NCBI GenBank assembly: GCA_038231155.1
Contig: JBBRLY010000014.1
Coordinates: 22,792 to 86,791 of the forward strand
DNA from: Candidatus Saccharimonadales bacterium
GTDB lineage: Bacteria > Patescibacteriota > Saccharimonadia > Saccharimonadales > JANWIN01
Reading direction: 5' to 3'
DNA length: 64,000 nt
Positions 55,093-63,706 of the stretch are shown here, piece by piece. The notes below the pieces were generated by a model that saw only the letters and a program-made list of their open reading frames with translations, was not told where the DNA came from and did no database searches. The position numbers and the translations under genes are program-made. The number at the start of each line of letters is the position of its first letter. Positions within the stretch are counted from its first letter, which is position 1.

Positions 55093-55476
55093 ATGGCCAA
55101 AGTTTTGTTAGTTGAACCAGATATTCAGACTGCTCAAATTGTAGCCAATTCGCTAAAAGATAATAAGCACTCAGTGAGAGTTTGCCGAACTGCCGAACAA
55201 GCTATTTGGGACGCTGATAAAATTCGGCCAGACGTAGTTGTATTAGAACTTCAGCTACCGGTTCATAATGGTATTGAATTTTTGTACGAATTACGCAGCT
55301 ATCAGGATTGGCAGGAGCTCCCCGTAATAATACACAGTTTTGTACCATCAAGTGTCAAGGGCATAAGTCAAATGCTTTGGAATAAGCTTAAAATTGCAAA
55401 CTATCTTTATAAACCACAAACTAAACTGGCTGATTTAAGCCGTTCAATTGATGAAACATTAGCTACGGCTAAATGA
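55093..55476 (+). CDS. Receiver-like domain with Glu at the phospho-acceptor position (pseudo-receiver)
   Basis: The CheY-fold pattern reads KVLLVEPD...PDVVVLELQLP...LPVIIHSF...YLYKP. The acidic pair is EP.D, the acceptor Asp is replaced by Glu, and Ser and Lys are conserved. It starts 2 nt after the HK-like gene and overlaps recO by 4 nt. Confidence 0.7.
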   Translation: MAKVLLVEPDIQTAQIVANSLKDNKHSVRVCRTAEQAIWDADKIRPDVVVLELQLPVHNGIEFLYELRSYQDWQELPVIIHSFVPSSVKGISQMLWNKLKIANYLYKPQTKLADLSRSIDETLATAK

Positions 55477-56165
55477 GACACATTGTTACCGAAGGTATTA
55501 TTTTAAGCCGTACTAATTTTGGTGAAGCTGACCGAATCATAACAGTACTTACGCCAGATAATGGTAAAATTCGTCTAATTGCTAAAGGTGTGCGCAAAAT
55601 TAAAAGTAAGCTTGCTGGTGGAATTGAGCTATTTAGTATTAGCCATATTAGCTACATTCAAGGTAAAGGTGACATTTCTACATTAGTATCTACGCGCTTG
55701 CAAAAGCATTTTGGACGAATTGTCGAAGATATTAATCGGACGCTATTTGGTTACCAAGTTCTTAAGATTATTAATCGGGTAACCGAAGATAATACTGACC
55801 AAGACTATTTTGAATTAGTTGCCAGAACATTAAGCGGTCTAAACAAGCTGGATTTAAACCAACAAGCTATTGAGCTTTGGCTATATGCACAACTACTTAA
55901 ACTTGCCGGACACACACCTAATTTAAAAACTGACACTGCAGGTAACCGCTTAGAACTAGATAAAAAGTATAAATTTAATATCGATAAAATGGCGTTTTCA
56001 ACTGCACCTCAAGGTTCTTTTGTCTCCAATCATATTAAGTTATTACGTTTGGCAATTAGTTTGGATTCACCTGAATCACTTAATCAAGTTAATGATCTTG
56101 GAGTGGTTTTAGCAAAATGTTTAGAGCTAACCAGGTCTATGCTTAGTCAATTTGTTAGACTTTAA
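55473..56165 (+). CDS. recO: DNA repair protein RecO
   Basis: OB-fold N-terminus GIILSRTNFGEADRIITVLTPDNGKIRLIAKGVRK. Confidence 0.85.
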   Translation: MRHIVTEGIILSRTNFGEADRIITVLTPDNGKIRLIAKGVRKIKSKLAGGIELFSISHISYIQGKGDISTLVSTRLQKHFGRIVEDINRTLFGYQVLKIINRVTEDNTDQDYFELVARTLSGLNKLDLNQQAIELWLYAQLLKLAGHTPNLKTDTAGNRLELDKKYKFNIDKMAFSTAPQGSFVSNHIKLLRLAISLDSPESLNQVNDLGVVLAKCLELTRSMLSQFVRL

Positions 56166-56185
56166 GCTAGAGTATAATTAAGACA

Positions 56186-56578
56186 ATGGCAGTTAAAGGA
56201 GATACTGAGTACGTTCTGGTTGCGCATGAACAACCAACACTTAATTGGTCTGCGCTTAGGTTAGTAGTTGGCGAGTTGGAATATAATGGTTTTGTGTCGC
56301 CAGTTAAACTAGAAGACACTAGTGGCAATATTAAAACGCTGATAGAACCTTCAGAATCAAATGCCTTAGTAGAATACTTAGAGACTAATGGTGAAGTAAT
56401 TGCCAGACAATCAGCTAACCCATCTTGGCGAGAACGGATCAATTCATTTAGTGGGCCTCATGAGACTGTTACTTTTGTTTTATCTGCGCTTAAATGGTTT
56501 AGGGAATGTGTAAAATATCGAAGACAGGCAATTGTTGAAGAGCGTCCCGAATCAGAAGTTGAGATTAGTCCGCAATAG
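56186..56578 (+). CDS. Hypothetical 130-aa protein
   Basis: ORF with TATAAT at 56173-56178, 7 nt before the ATG. No recognisable family. Confidence 0.45.
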   Translation: MAVKGDTEYVLVAHEQPTLNWSALRLVVGELEYNGFVSPVKLEDTSGNIKTLIEPSESNALVEYLETNGEVIARQSANPSWRERINSFSGPHETVTFVLSALKWFRECVKYRRQAIVEERPESEVEISPQ

Positions 56579-56615
56579 AACAAACTGTCTAAATCAGATA
56601 TAATCTCAAATAATT

Positions 56616-57962
56616 ATGAGCGACGTTAAATTAGATGATATTGTCAGCTTAGCCAAGCGCCGAGGTTTTGTATTCCAATCTAGTGAAATTTATGGTGGAC
56701 TAGCTGGCTTTTATGATTATGGTTCTTTAGGTGTCGAACTAGTTAATAACTTAAAACAGTTATGGTGGCAGGCAATGGTTCGCGATCATGACAATATTTT
56801 TGGATTGGACAGTGCCATTATTCAGAATCCCAAACTTTGGGATGCTAGTGGCCATGTAGCAGGTTTTACTGATCCTCTAGTTGATTGCAAGAACTGCGGT
56901 GCTCGCCATCGAGCTGATCATTTAGCTGGCAAAGATACTAATGACTTAAAAGAACTTGCCAAACTGCTCAAAAACAAAGTCTGTCCGGTTTGTGGCAAAA
57001 AAACACTTATGCAGCCACGATTTTATAATATGATGATGAAAACTTGGGTTGGACCGGTTGAGGATGATTCAACTATGGCATATTTGCGCCCTGAAACTGC
57101 TGGACCAATGTTTACCAACTTTGCCAATGTACGAGAAACAATGCGGGCCAAACTGCCATTTGGTATTGCTCAAATAGGTAAGGTTTTCCGTAATGAAATC
57201 AGCCCCCGTGATTTTATCTTCCGTACTCGAGAGTTAGAGCAAATGGAGATGCAATATTTTATTCAGCCTAAAGACCAAAACAAAGAGTATGAACGCTGGC
57301 GAAACTTTGCTTGGGATTTTTTGATTAAAAAAGTAGGTATTTCTAAAGATCATTTACAATGGCACGAACATAATAAAGACGAACGGGCTCACTATGCCAA
57401 AACCGCCCACGATATTTACTTTAAATTTCCTCATGGATTTAAAGAGCTTTGGGGTACGCATAATCGAACAGACTTTGATTTGGGTAACCATATTAAAGCC
57501 AGCGGTAAAGACTTACATTATTTTGATGAGGAAATCGCTGAAAAATTCATACCATATGTTATTGAATCTTCAGTTGGTGTGGGCCGTATGTTGTTAGCAG
57601 TGTTAAGCGATGCTTTTCATGAAGAAGAAATTAACGGAGAGAAAAGGCTAGTACTCAAACTTAATCCGGCAATAGCCCCTGTCAAAGTTGCTGTTTTCCC
57701 ACTACTTAAAAATAAACAAGAGTTAACCAAAAAGGCTAGAGGTGTTTATGACAAACTTAAAAATGAATTTGGGAATGTTATGTGGGATGATAATGGAAAT
57801 ATCGGGAAACGTTATCGTCGACAGGACGAAATAGGAACACCTTATACAGTTACTATCGATTTCGATACATTAGAAGATGACACAGTTACTATCCGTGACC
57901 GTGATACTACTAAACAAAAGCGAACCAAAATTAAAGATATTTCAAAATTAATAAAACTCTAA
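56616..57962 (+). CDS. glyQS: Glycyl-tRNA synthetase (homodimeric alpha2 type)
   Basis: RRGFVFQSSEIYGG..G.YDYG.LG, FRNEISPR and the C-terminal anticodon-binding domain. Confidence 0.95.
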   Translation: MSDVKLDDIVSLAKRRGFVFQSSEIYGGLAGFYDYGSLGVELVNNLKQLWWQAMVRDHDNIFGLDSAIIQNPKLWDASGHVAGFTDPLVDCKNCGARHRADHLAGKDTNDLKELAKLLKNKVCPVCGKKTLMQPRFYNMMMKTWVGPVEDDSTMAYLRPETAGPMFTNFANVRETMRAKLPFGIAQIGKVFRNEISPRDFIFRTRELEQMEMQYFIQPKDQNKEYERWRNFAWDFLIKKVGISKDHLQWHEHNKDERAHYAKTAHDIYFKFPHGFKELWGTHNRTDFDLGNHIKASGKDLHYFDEEIAEKFIPYVIESSVGVGRMLLAVLSDAFHEEEINGEKRLVLKLNPAIAPVKVAVFPLLKNKQELTKKARGVYDKLKNEFGNVMWDDNGNIGKRYRRQDEIGTPYTVTIDFDTLEDDTVTIRDRDTTKQKRTKIKDISKLIKL

Positions 57963-58226
57963 TTACGCTAAGATCTAAGTTAAACATTAGTATTTAGATA
58001 CTAACTTGGCGATAGATGTTATCATCAGATGTATGCCACCAATATTGTTGATAATTTTAACACTCGAAGGTCTGGTTTTAATCTCATCGGTTGTTATTAC
58101 TATCGATAACCGATTAAGAAAAAAACGCCAAAACAAAGATAAATCGCCAACTTAGAGCCATACAGGCGTATACTAAAGGTGTAAACCAAAACTCTATATT
58201 TTATTATTACCCACAAGGAGAAGACT

Positions 58227-58604
58227 ATGTTAGGCGGAGCAGACTCAGCAGCAACTATTCCAGTTAAAGATCTGGAACAAGCTAAAAAATTTTATGGCGA
58301 GACACTAGGACTAAAAGCCGAGAAAGAAACCCCAAACGGTATAGTGTTTGCTAGCGGCAACACTAAAGTTTTTGTTTATAAAACAGAATTAGCAGGTACC
58401 AATAAAGCTACTACAGCTGGTTGGATTACAGATGAGGTAGAATCAATAGCAAGTGACCTCAAAAGTAAAGGAGTTACTTTAGAGCATTACGATTTACCGG
58501 GTGTTAGTCTAGATGGTGATATCCATAAAATGGGCGACCTAAAAGCGATTTGGTTTAAAGACCCCGACGGTAATATCTTGTCTGTTTCTACTAGCATGGG
58601 CTAG
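58227..58604 (+). CDS. VOC (glyoxalase/bleomycin-resistance/dioxygenase) family protein
   Basis: SD AAGGAG. Paired beta-alpha-beta-beta-beta modules, with VKDLEQAKKFYGETLGL and the FKDPDGN. Confidence 0.8.
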   Translation: MLGGADSAATIPVKDLEQAKKFYGETLGLKAEKETPNGIVFASGNTKVFVYKTELAGTNKATTAGWITDEVESIASDLKSKGVTLEHYDLPGVSLDGDIHKMGDLKAIWFKDPDGNILSVSTSMG

Positions 58605-58620
58605 GTTTTAGTTAATATTT

Positions 58621-59187
58621 ATGTTCAGAAACCCAAAGTCCAAAAAAGGTCAGAAACCCAATTACGCTTTTATAGATAGTCAGAATCTAAATTTAGGCAC
58701 TCAAAAAGTCGGCTGGAAGATGGACTGGCGAAAATTCAGAAAGTATTTACTTGATAAGTATCATGTAACCAAAGCTTATATGTTCATTGGTTACATGCCG
58801 GAATTTGAAGATATGTATAAACAACTTCATGAGGCCGGCTATTTAATTGTGCTTAAACCAACGCAAGATTTAAATAAGACTTCTAATAAAAATTCTGATT
58901 CGGATGTTGAAAATTCTGCCGACAAAAAAATTATTAAAGGCAATATTGATGCCGATTTAGTACTTTGGAGCATGAAAGAAATACCAAATTATGGCAAGGC
59001 TGTTATTGTCAGTGGCGATGGCGATTTTCATGGTCTGCTAGAATATCTAGTTCAGCAAAACAAATTATTACACATTATGACACCCAACTGGCAATACTCG
59101 CAGCTATTGAATGTGTTCGATAAATACTTGGTTCGTATCGATAAACTAAGAGGTGAACTGGAATATCGATCACAAAAACGAAAATAA
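58621..59187 (+). CDS. NYN-domain (LabA-like, PIN-related) putative RNase
   Basis: YAFIDSQNL start, DADLV and VIVSGDGDF acidic motifs. Confidence 0.7.
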   Translation: MFRNPKSKKGQKPNYAFIDSQNLNLGTQKVGWKMDWRKFRKYLLDKYHVTKAYMFIGYMPEFEDMYKQLHEAGYLIVLKPTQDLNKTSNKNSDSDVENSADKKIIKGNIDADLVLWSMKEIPNYGKAVIVSGDGDFHGLLEYLVQQNKLLHIMTPNWQYSQLLNVFDKYLVRIDKLRGELEYRSQKRK

Positions 59188-59226
59188 AATTCTGGTTAGC
59201 GTAAAATATTAGGGTATGGAGGGTTT

Positions 59227-60033
59227 TTGAAAACAGTTAAATTAAATACAGGATCCAAGATGCCGGCCATTGGTTTTGGAACTTGGCAAATATTATTTCA
59301 TTCCCGAAAAAGAGTTGCTCAGGCTCTAGAAATTGGTTATCGATTAATTGATACTGCAAAAATTTATGGCAACGAAGTGGGTGTAGGTGCAGCTATACGA
59401 AGCAGTAATATTCCGCGTAAGTATATATTCCTAACTACAAAATTATGGAATAGTGATCAGGGTTATGAGAATGGTCTAAAGGCCATAGATGAATCCCTAA
59501 ATCGTCTGCGCTTAGATTATATTGATTTATATCTAATACATTGGCCGGGTCATGACGCTGAACGTCGCCGAGCGTCATGGAAAGCTTTAGAAGAAATTTA
59601 CACTAGAGGTAAGACTAAGGCTATTGGTGTATCTAATTACAAAGTTGAGCATTTGGATGAACTTAAGAGATATGCCAATGTCTCACCGGCGGTTAATCAA
59701 ATTGAATTCCACCCATTTATTTATAATGAACATAAGCCGGTTGTAGATTGGTGCAAAAGACATAACGTTGTAGTTGAAGCCTATAGCCCATTGGCACATG
59801 GCCGTCATGCCGATAATCGAATAATATTGGATATTGCTCAAAAAGAAGGCATTACTTCAGCTCAAGTTATGTTAGCCTGGTGTATACATCACGGTACAGT
59901 ACCAATTCCAAAGTCAACAGATGCTCAGCGAATGTTACAAAACTTTGAAGCATTGGACATTAAATTAAAAGACTATGACATCCAGGCATTGAATAATTTA
60001 TCTCGCGGTGAACATGTAATAAGAGGACATTAA
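59227..60033 (+). CDS. Aldo/keto reductase (2,5-diketo-D-gluconate-reductase-like)
   Basis: TTG start. Blocks GFGTWQ, LIDTAKIYGNE, DLYLIHWP and IPKS. Confidence 0.9.
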   Translation: MKTVKLNTGSKMPAIGFGTWQILFHSRKRVAQALEIGYRLIDTAKIYGNEVGVGAAIRSSNIPRKYIFLTTKLWNSDQGYENGLKAIDESLNRLRLDYIDLYLIHWPGHDAERRRASWKALEEIYTRGKTKAIGVSNYKVEHLDELKRYANVSPAVNQIEFHPFIYNEHKPVVDWCKRHNVVVEAYSPLAHGRHADNRIILDIAQKEGITSAQVMLAWCIHHGTVPIPKSTDAQRMLQNFEALDIKLKDYDIQALNNLSRGEHVIRGH

Positions 60034-60045
60034 AGGAGGTGAGTA

Positions 60046-60783
60046 ATGGCAGATCAACAAACTAATAAATGGGACTTCAGTGACTTAAAAGCCATTTATT
60101 TTAATTGCACATTAAAAAAATCTCCAGAAGTCAGCCACACCGATAAACTTGTCGAAATAAGCACCAAGATTATGCAAAAACACGGTGTTAATGTTCAAGT
60201 TATCAGAGCAATTGATCGCGATATTGCCACTGGTGTTTATCCAGATATGCGCGAGCACGGTTGGAAAACAGATGAATGGCCAAGCATTTACGAACAGGTT
60301 AAAGCTGCAGATATTTTAGTCTTAACAGGCCCAATATGGTTAGGTGATAACAGCTCGATTACCAAGAAGGTAATTGAGCGGTTATATGGGGATTCGTCAG
60401 AACTTAATGACCAGGGACAGTATGCATATTACGGAAAAGTTGGCGGTTGCTTGATAACTGGCAATGAAGACGGAATTAAACATTGTGCCATGAATGTGCT
60501 TTATAGCTTACAGCACTTGGGTTGTGTAATTCCACCTCAAGCTGATGCTGGTTGGATAGGCGAAGCTGGCCCCGGTCCTAGTTACGGCGATAAACTAGAC
60601 AATGGTACTGTTGTAGGTGTTAATAACGATTTTACCAATCGTAACACTACATTTATGACATGGAACCTCATGCATTTGGCTAAATTGCTTAAGGACAATG
60701 GTGGTATACCGGCATACGGAAATCAACGCAGCAAATGGGATGCTGGTTCACGTTTTGACTTTACGAATCCCGAATATCGCTAG
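60046..60783 (+). CDS. Flavodoxin-like-fold NAD(P)H-dependent FMN reductase family protein
   Basis: SD AAGGAGG. The family pattern reads IYFNCTLKKSP.S.T, ADILVLTGPIW and the GNEDG. Confidence 0.7.
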   Translation: MADQQTNKWDFSDLKAIYFNCTLKKSPEVSHTDKLVEISTKIMQKHGVNVQVIRAIDRDIATGVYPDMREHGWKTDEWPSIYEQVKAADILVLTGPIWLGDNSSITKKVIERLYGDSSELNDQGQYAYYGKVGGCLITGNEDGIKHCAMNVLYSLQHLGCVIPPQADAGWIGEAGPGPSYGDKLDNGTVVGVNNDFTNRNTTFMTWNLMHLAKLLKDNGGIPAYGNQRSKWDAGSRFDFTNPEYR

Positions 60784-60824
60784 GCTATATAATAGAGAAG
60801 CATTAATTTAAAAAAGGATTTTGT

Positions 60825-61025
60825 ATGAATAGTCGAGAGTTCATATTATCAGATAGTCCTATATCAATTGACCGTATCGAAGAAGTCGTAAGACTTAATG
60901 CCCACGTCGAAGCAGATGAAGATATTCTAGATCAAAAATCGGGTATATGGATTATAAGACTTGCCGACGTTGATTTATATGAAGTAAGACTTTTTGAACC
61001 AAGGGCAGTTCAGAACGCATCGTAG
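60825..61025 (+). CDS. Hypothetical 66-aa acidic protein
   Basis: Short ORF with SD-like AAGGA 7 nt upstream. No family recognised. Confidence 0.3.
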   Translation: MNSREFILSDSPISIDRIEEVVRLNAHVEADEDILDQKSGIWIIRLADVDLYEVRLFEPRAVQNAS

Positions 61026-61050
61026 AAAAATCATTGTATAATGACTTCTA

Positions 61051-62307
61051 ATGGATAAAAAGAGGCTTTTCTCTAAGGATTTTTTCTGGGGAGCTAGTAC
61101 GGCGTCTCACCAAGTAGAGGGAGGCACTGTTAATCAATGGTCAGTCTGGGAATTAGCTCACGCTAGTGAACTTTCCAAAGGAGCTGAGCAACTACTAGGT
61201 CATCTGCCAGTTTGGAAAAGTATTAAAAAACAAGCTGAGCGACCGGATAATTATGTTAGCGGTAAGGGCGTTGATCACTATAATCGCTACAAACTGGACT
61301 TTGATATTGCTAAACGATTGAATATGAATGCATTTAGATTTGGTATTGAGTGGGCGCGGCTAGAACCAGAAAAAGGAATATGGGACGAGCAAGCTTTAGA
61401 ACATTATCGCCAATACATTACCGAATTAAAAAAAAGAGGTATTGAGCCATTTATGAATATTTGGCACTGGACTGTACCAATCTGGTTTGAAGAGCTAGGC
61501 GGTTTTGCCAAGCGATCTAATCTAAAGCATTTTTATAATTTTGTTGAGAAGTTAGCCGAAGAATATGGTTCAGAACTGCGCTATGCTATCACCCTGAATG
61601 AACCCAATGTATATACCAGTTTCAGCTATATTAATCGTGCCTGGCCGCCACAGCAACACAATTACCTAAAAGCTATTTGGGTATATTGGAATTTAGCAAC
61701 AGCACATAAAAAAAGTTACAAAATATTAAAAAGACTAAATCCACATCTGCAAATTGGAGTCGCAGCCCAGTTAGCCAACATTCAAGCCAAACGACCGCAC
61801 AATATAGTTGATGAAACTGTTACCAAGATTATGCGCTATTTATGGAATTGGTGGTTTTTACGGCGAATTCGTAATTATCAGGATTTCGTTGGCTTTAATT
61901 ATTACTTTACCGACTATTACAAAAACTTTCACCGCGAAAACCCTAAAGTTCCCCAAAATGACCTTGGTTGGTATATGGAACCTGAAGGACTCTATCCACT
62001 TCTGGTTAGGACTTGGGCTCATTATCATAAACCAATATTTATTACTGAAAATGGTGTAGCTGATGGTGAAGACCAATACCGACAATGGTGGCTGGAGGAA
62101 TCCATCATCGCTATGGAACGAGCTATTAGTGAAGGTGTCGACGTAGCTGGTTATTTTCACTGGAGCTTACTTGATAATTTTGAATGGGCATACGGCTGGT
62201 GGCCAAAATTTGGATTAGTTGCGGTTGACAGAAGAAATGATATGAAAAGGCAAGTCCGCCCTAGCGCTTACTGGTACGGTGAATTTATTAAAAGACAGCA
62301 GAAATAA
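61051..62307 (+). CDS. Glycoside hydrolase family 1 beta-glucosidase
   Basis: FFWGASTASHQVEG, acid/base TLNEPN and nucleophile ITENG. Confidence 0.9.
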   Translation: MDKKRLFSKDFFWGASTASHQVEGGTVNQWSVWELAHASELSKGAEQLLGHLPVWKSIKKQAERPDNYVSGKGVDHYNRYKLDFDIAKRLNMNAFRFGIEWARLEPEKGIWDEQALEHYRQYITELKKRGIEPFMNIWHWTVPIWFEELGGFAKRSNLKHFYNFVEKLAEEYGSELRYAITLNEPNVYTSFSYINRAWPPQQHNYLKAIWVYWNLATAHKKSYKILKRLNPHLQIGVAAQLANIQAKRPHNIVDETVTKIMRYLWNWWFLRRIRNYQDFVGFNYYFTDYYKNFHRENPKVPQNDLGWYMEPEGLYPLLVRTWAHYHKPIFITENGVADGEDQYRQWWLEESIIAMERAISEGVDVAGYFHWSLLDNFEWAYGWWPKFGLVAVDRRNDMKRQVRPSAYWYGEFIKRQQK

Positions 62308-62323
62308 ACAAACCTACATAATA

Positions 62324-62352
62324 TTGACAAAACGCATATGTTTTGCTATAGT
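62324..62352 (+). promoter_or_regulatory. Consensus sigma70-like promoter 10 nt upstream of a start codon
   Basis: TTGACA (62324-62329), 17 nt, TATAGT (62347-62352), with the ATG at 62363. No SD. Confidence 0.55.
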
Positions 62353-62362
62353 GTAAATCGTA

Positions 62363-63106
62363 ATGACAAACAAAACAGTTAATATAAATTCTAAAACACG
62401 ACCACAATCCGATGGCGAGGTACATCTTATTCGACGAGCTAGTAAGATTGCTAGTGAACAACGCATTCAAAAAGTCGGAGAAAGAGCAGTAGCTTTACTT
62501 GCAATTACTGGAGTAGGAGTAGGTATAGGTGTGGCTTTAAATCGTCAAGATAGTAACGCCCATAAGGCTCATTTGAAGACCGAACAACAGGCATTAGAAG
62601 CTATAAATAGTGGTGAACAAGAATCAATTTCGGCTTGGAATTCCGTGGTAGTATTGCGAGCAGGAACCGCTATACGAAATACTCCAACAGAGGGAGATGA
62701 AGTTTCGACTCACGTAAAACAAGGGGAAGTTTGGCGAATTGATCGTCCGCGTACGTACACTGATGATAGTAACCGACTTTGGTTAGCATTTACATCCGCT
62801 GATAAAGGTAGTTCTGACGGCGGAGCTACCGAAACAGAACGAACATACTGGGTTAATTACGACGCTTTACATAATCTAAATACTAGTAAACGACGCATGA
62901 TAGATGTGTATGATTACTCAGACAAAAGTTTCCCAAATCTAGCAGACAATAAACCACTTTTATCTGTAACTGTTGATAGTACAAACCATGCAGCAGCCCA
63001 AATAGGTAAGGGCGATGTACTAGTTGGTCAAGTAAGTGCTATGCCAGAACATGTCTTTCAACATATGGTGCAACAAGAAGACTTGCAAATTGATAGGACC
63101 AAATAA
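62363..63106 (+). CDS. Membrane-anchored hypothetical protein (possible SH3-like external domain)
   Basis: One TM (AVALLAITGVGVGIGVAL) followed by about 180 aa. The segment VVVLRAGTAIRNTP...GEVWRIDRP...WLAF looks SH3b-like (weak). Confidence 0.5.
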   Translation: MTNKTVNINSKTRPQSDGEVHLIRRASKIASEQRIQKVGERAVALLAITGVGVGIGVALNRQDSNAHKAHLKTEQQALEAINSGEQESISAWNSVVVLRAGTAIRNTPTEGDEVSTHVKQGEVWRIDRPRTYTDDSNRLWLAFTSADKGSSDGGATETERTYWVNYDALHNLNTSKRRMIDVYDYSDKSFPNLADNKPLLSVTVDSTNHAAAQIGKGDVLVGQVSAMPEHVFQHMVQQEDLQIDRTK

Positions 63107-63182
63107 GCTCTAGCGCCCGCTTGATTGATTTATACACTATATCTTGTGGTTTTAGGTAGTTATCTGTAAAACCTGTGGAAAA

Positions 63183-63212
63183 GTCCTCATGTAACTGAGG
63201 ACATTTTTATTT
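63183..63212 (+). terminator. Intrinsic terminator
   Basis: Perfect 7-bp stem GTCCTCA / TGAGGAC with a 6-nt loop (63183-63202), followed by ATTTTTATTT. Confidence 0.6.
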
Positions 63213-63219
63213 AAAAAGC

Positions 63220-63261
63220 TTGCTTGTGGGTGAACGTGGGTTGTATATTCATGTGAGTGGG
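63220..63261 (+). promoter_or_regulatory. mraZ promoter with three GTGGG direct repeats (candidate MraZ operator)
   Basis: TTGCTT (63220-63225), 18 nt, TATATT (63244-63249). GTGGG occurs at 63226, 63236 and 63257 (10-bp and 21-bp spacing). The boxes lie in the spacer and at the expected transcription start. Confidence 0.5.
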
Positions 63262-63334
63262 TAATCGTAGGTAAGCCAAAATTAGCTTATCCACAACGCA
63301 CAAAACAAAAATCCACTGTAAATAAGGGAGAAGG

Positions 63335-63706
63335 ATGGCCGCCGTAGACTACTTTGAACGCAAGTTGGATAGCAAGCGTCGGTTAACTATACCGTCCGAG
63401 CTAAGAGCCAAATTTGCGGACGGAGCAGTTATTACTCGTGGTTTTGGCGAATATTTACACTTATACCCTAAGGAAGTATGGGATAAGCAAGTAGAGCCAA
63501 ACCTAGCAGGTAGCATCCTTGACGAGCGCATAGCCGACCTTAATGTTCGCTTTAGGATGGGCAAGGTTGAAACAGAGCTCGACCAAAAACAGGGAAGGAT
63601 TACCCTTGAGCAGCACCTTCTAGATTACGCCGGAATTATCCGCGATGTAGTAGCAGTTGGTGTTGGACAGTATTGGCGGTTAATGAAACCTAGCCAATCC
63701 AGTTAG
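63335..63706 (+). CDS. mraZ: Transcriptional regulator MraZ
   Basis: SD AAGGGAGAAGG. Two SpoVT/AbrB-like half-domains with the diagnostic LDSKRRLTIP and LDQKQGRITL motifs. Confidence 0.85.
   Translation: MAAVDYFERKLDSKRRLTIPSELRAKFADGAVITRGFGEYLHLYPKEVWDKQVEPNLAGSILDERIADLNVRFRMGKVETELDQKQGRITLEQHLLDYAGIIRDVVAVGVGQYWRLMKPSQSS

Noticed and set aside
63287-63295. Perfect DnaA-box 9-mer TTATCCACA
   Set aside because: It is a single box in the mraZ 5' leader, with no box cluster, no AT-rich unwinding element and no dnaA/dnaN nearby. It is more simply an inverted copy of the GTGG motif repeated in this promoter region. It is not evidence for oriC.
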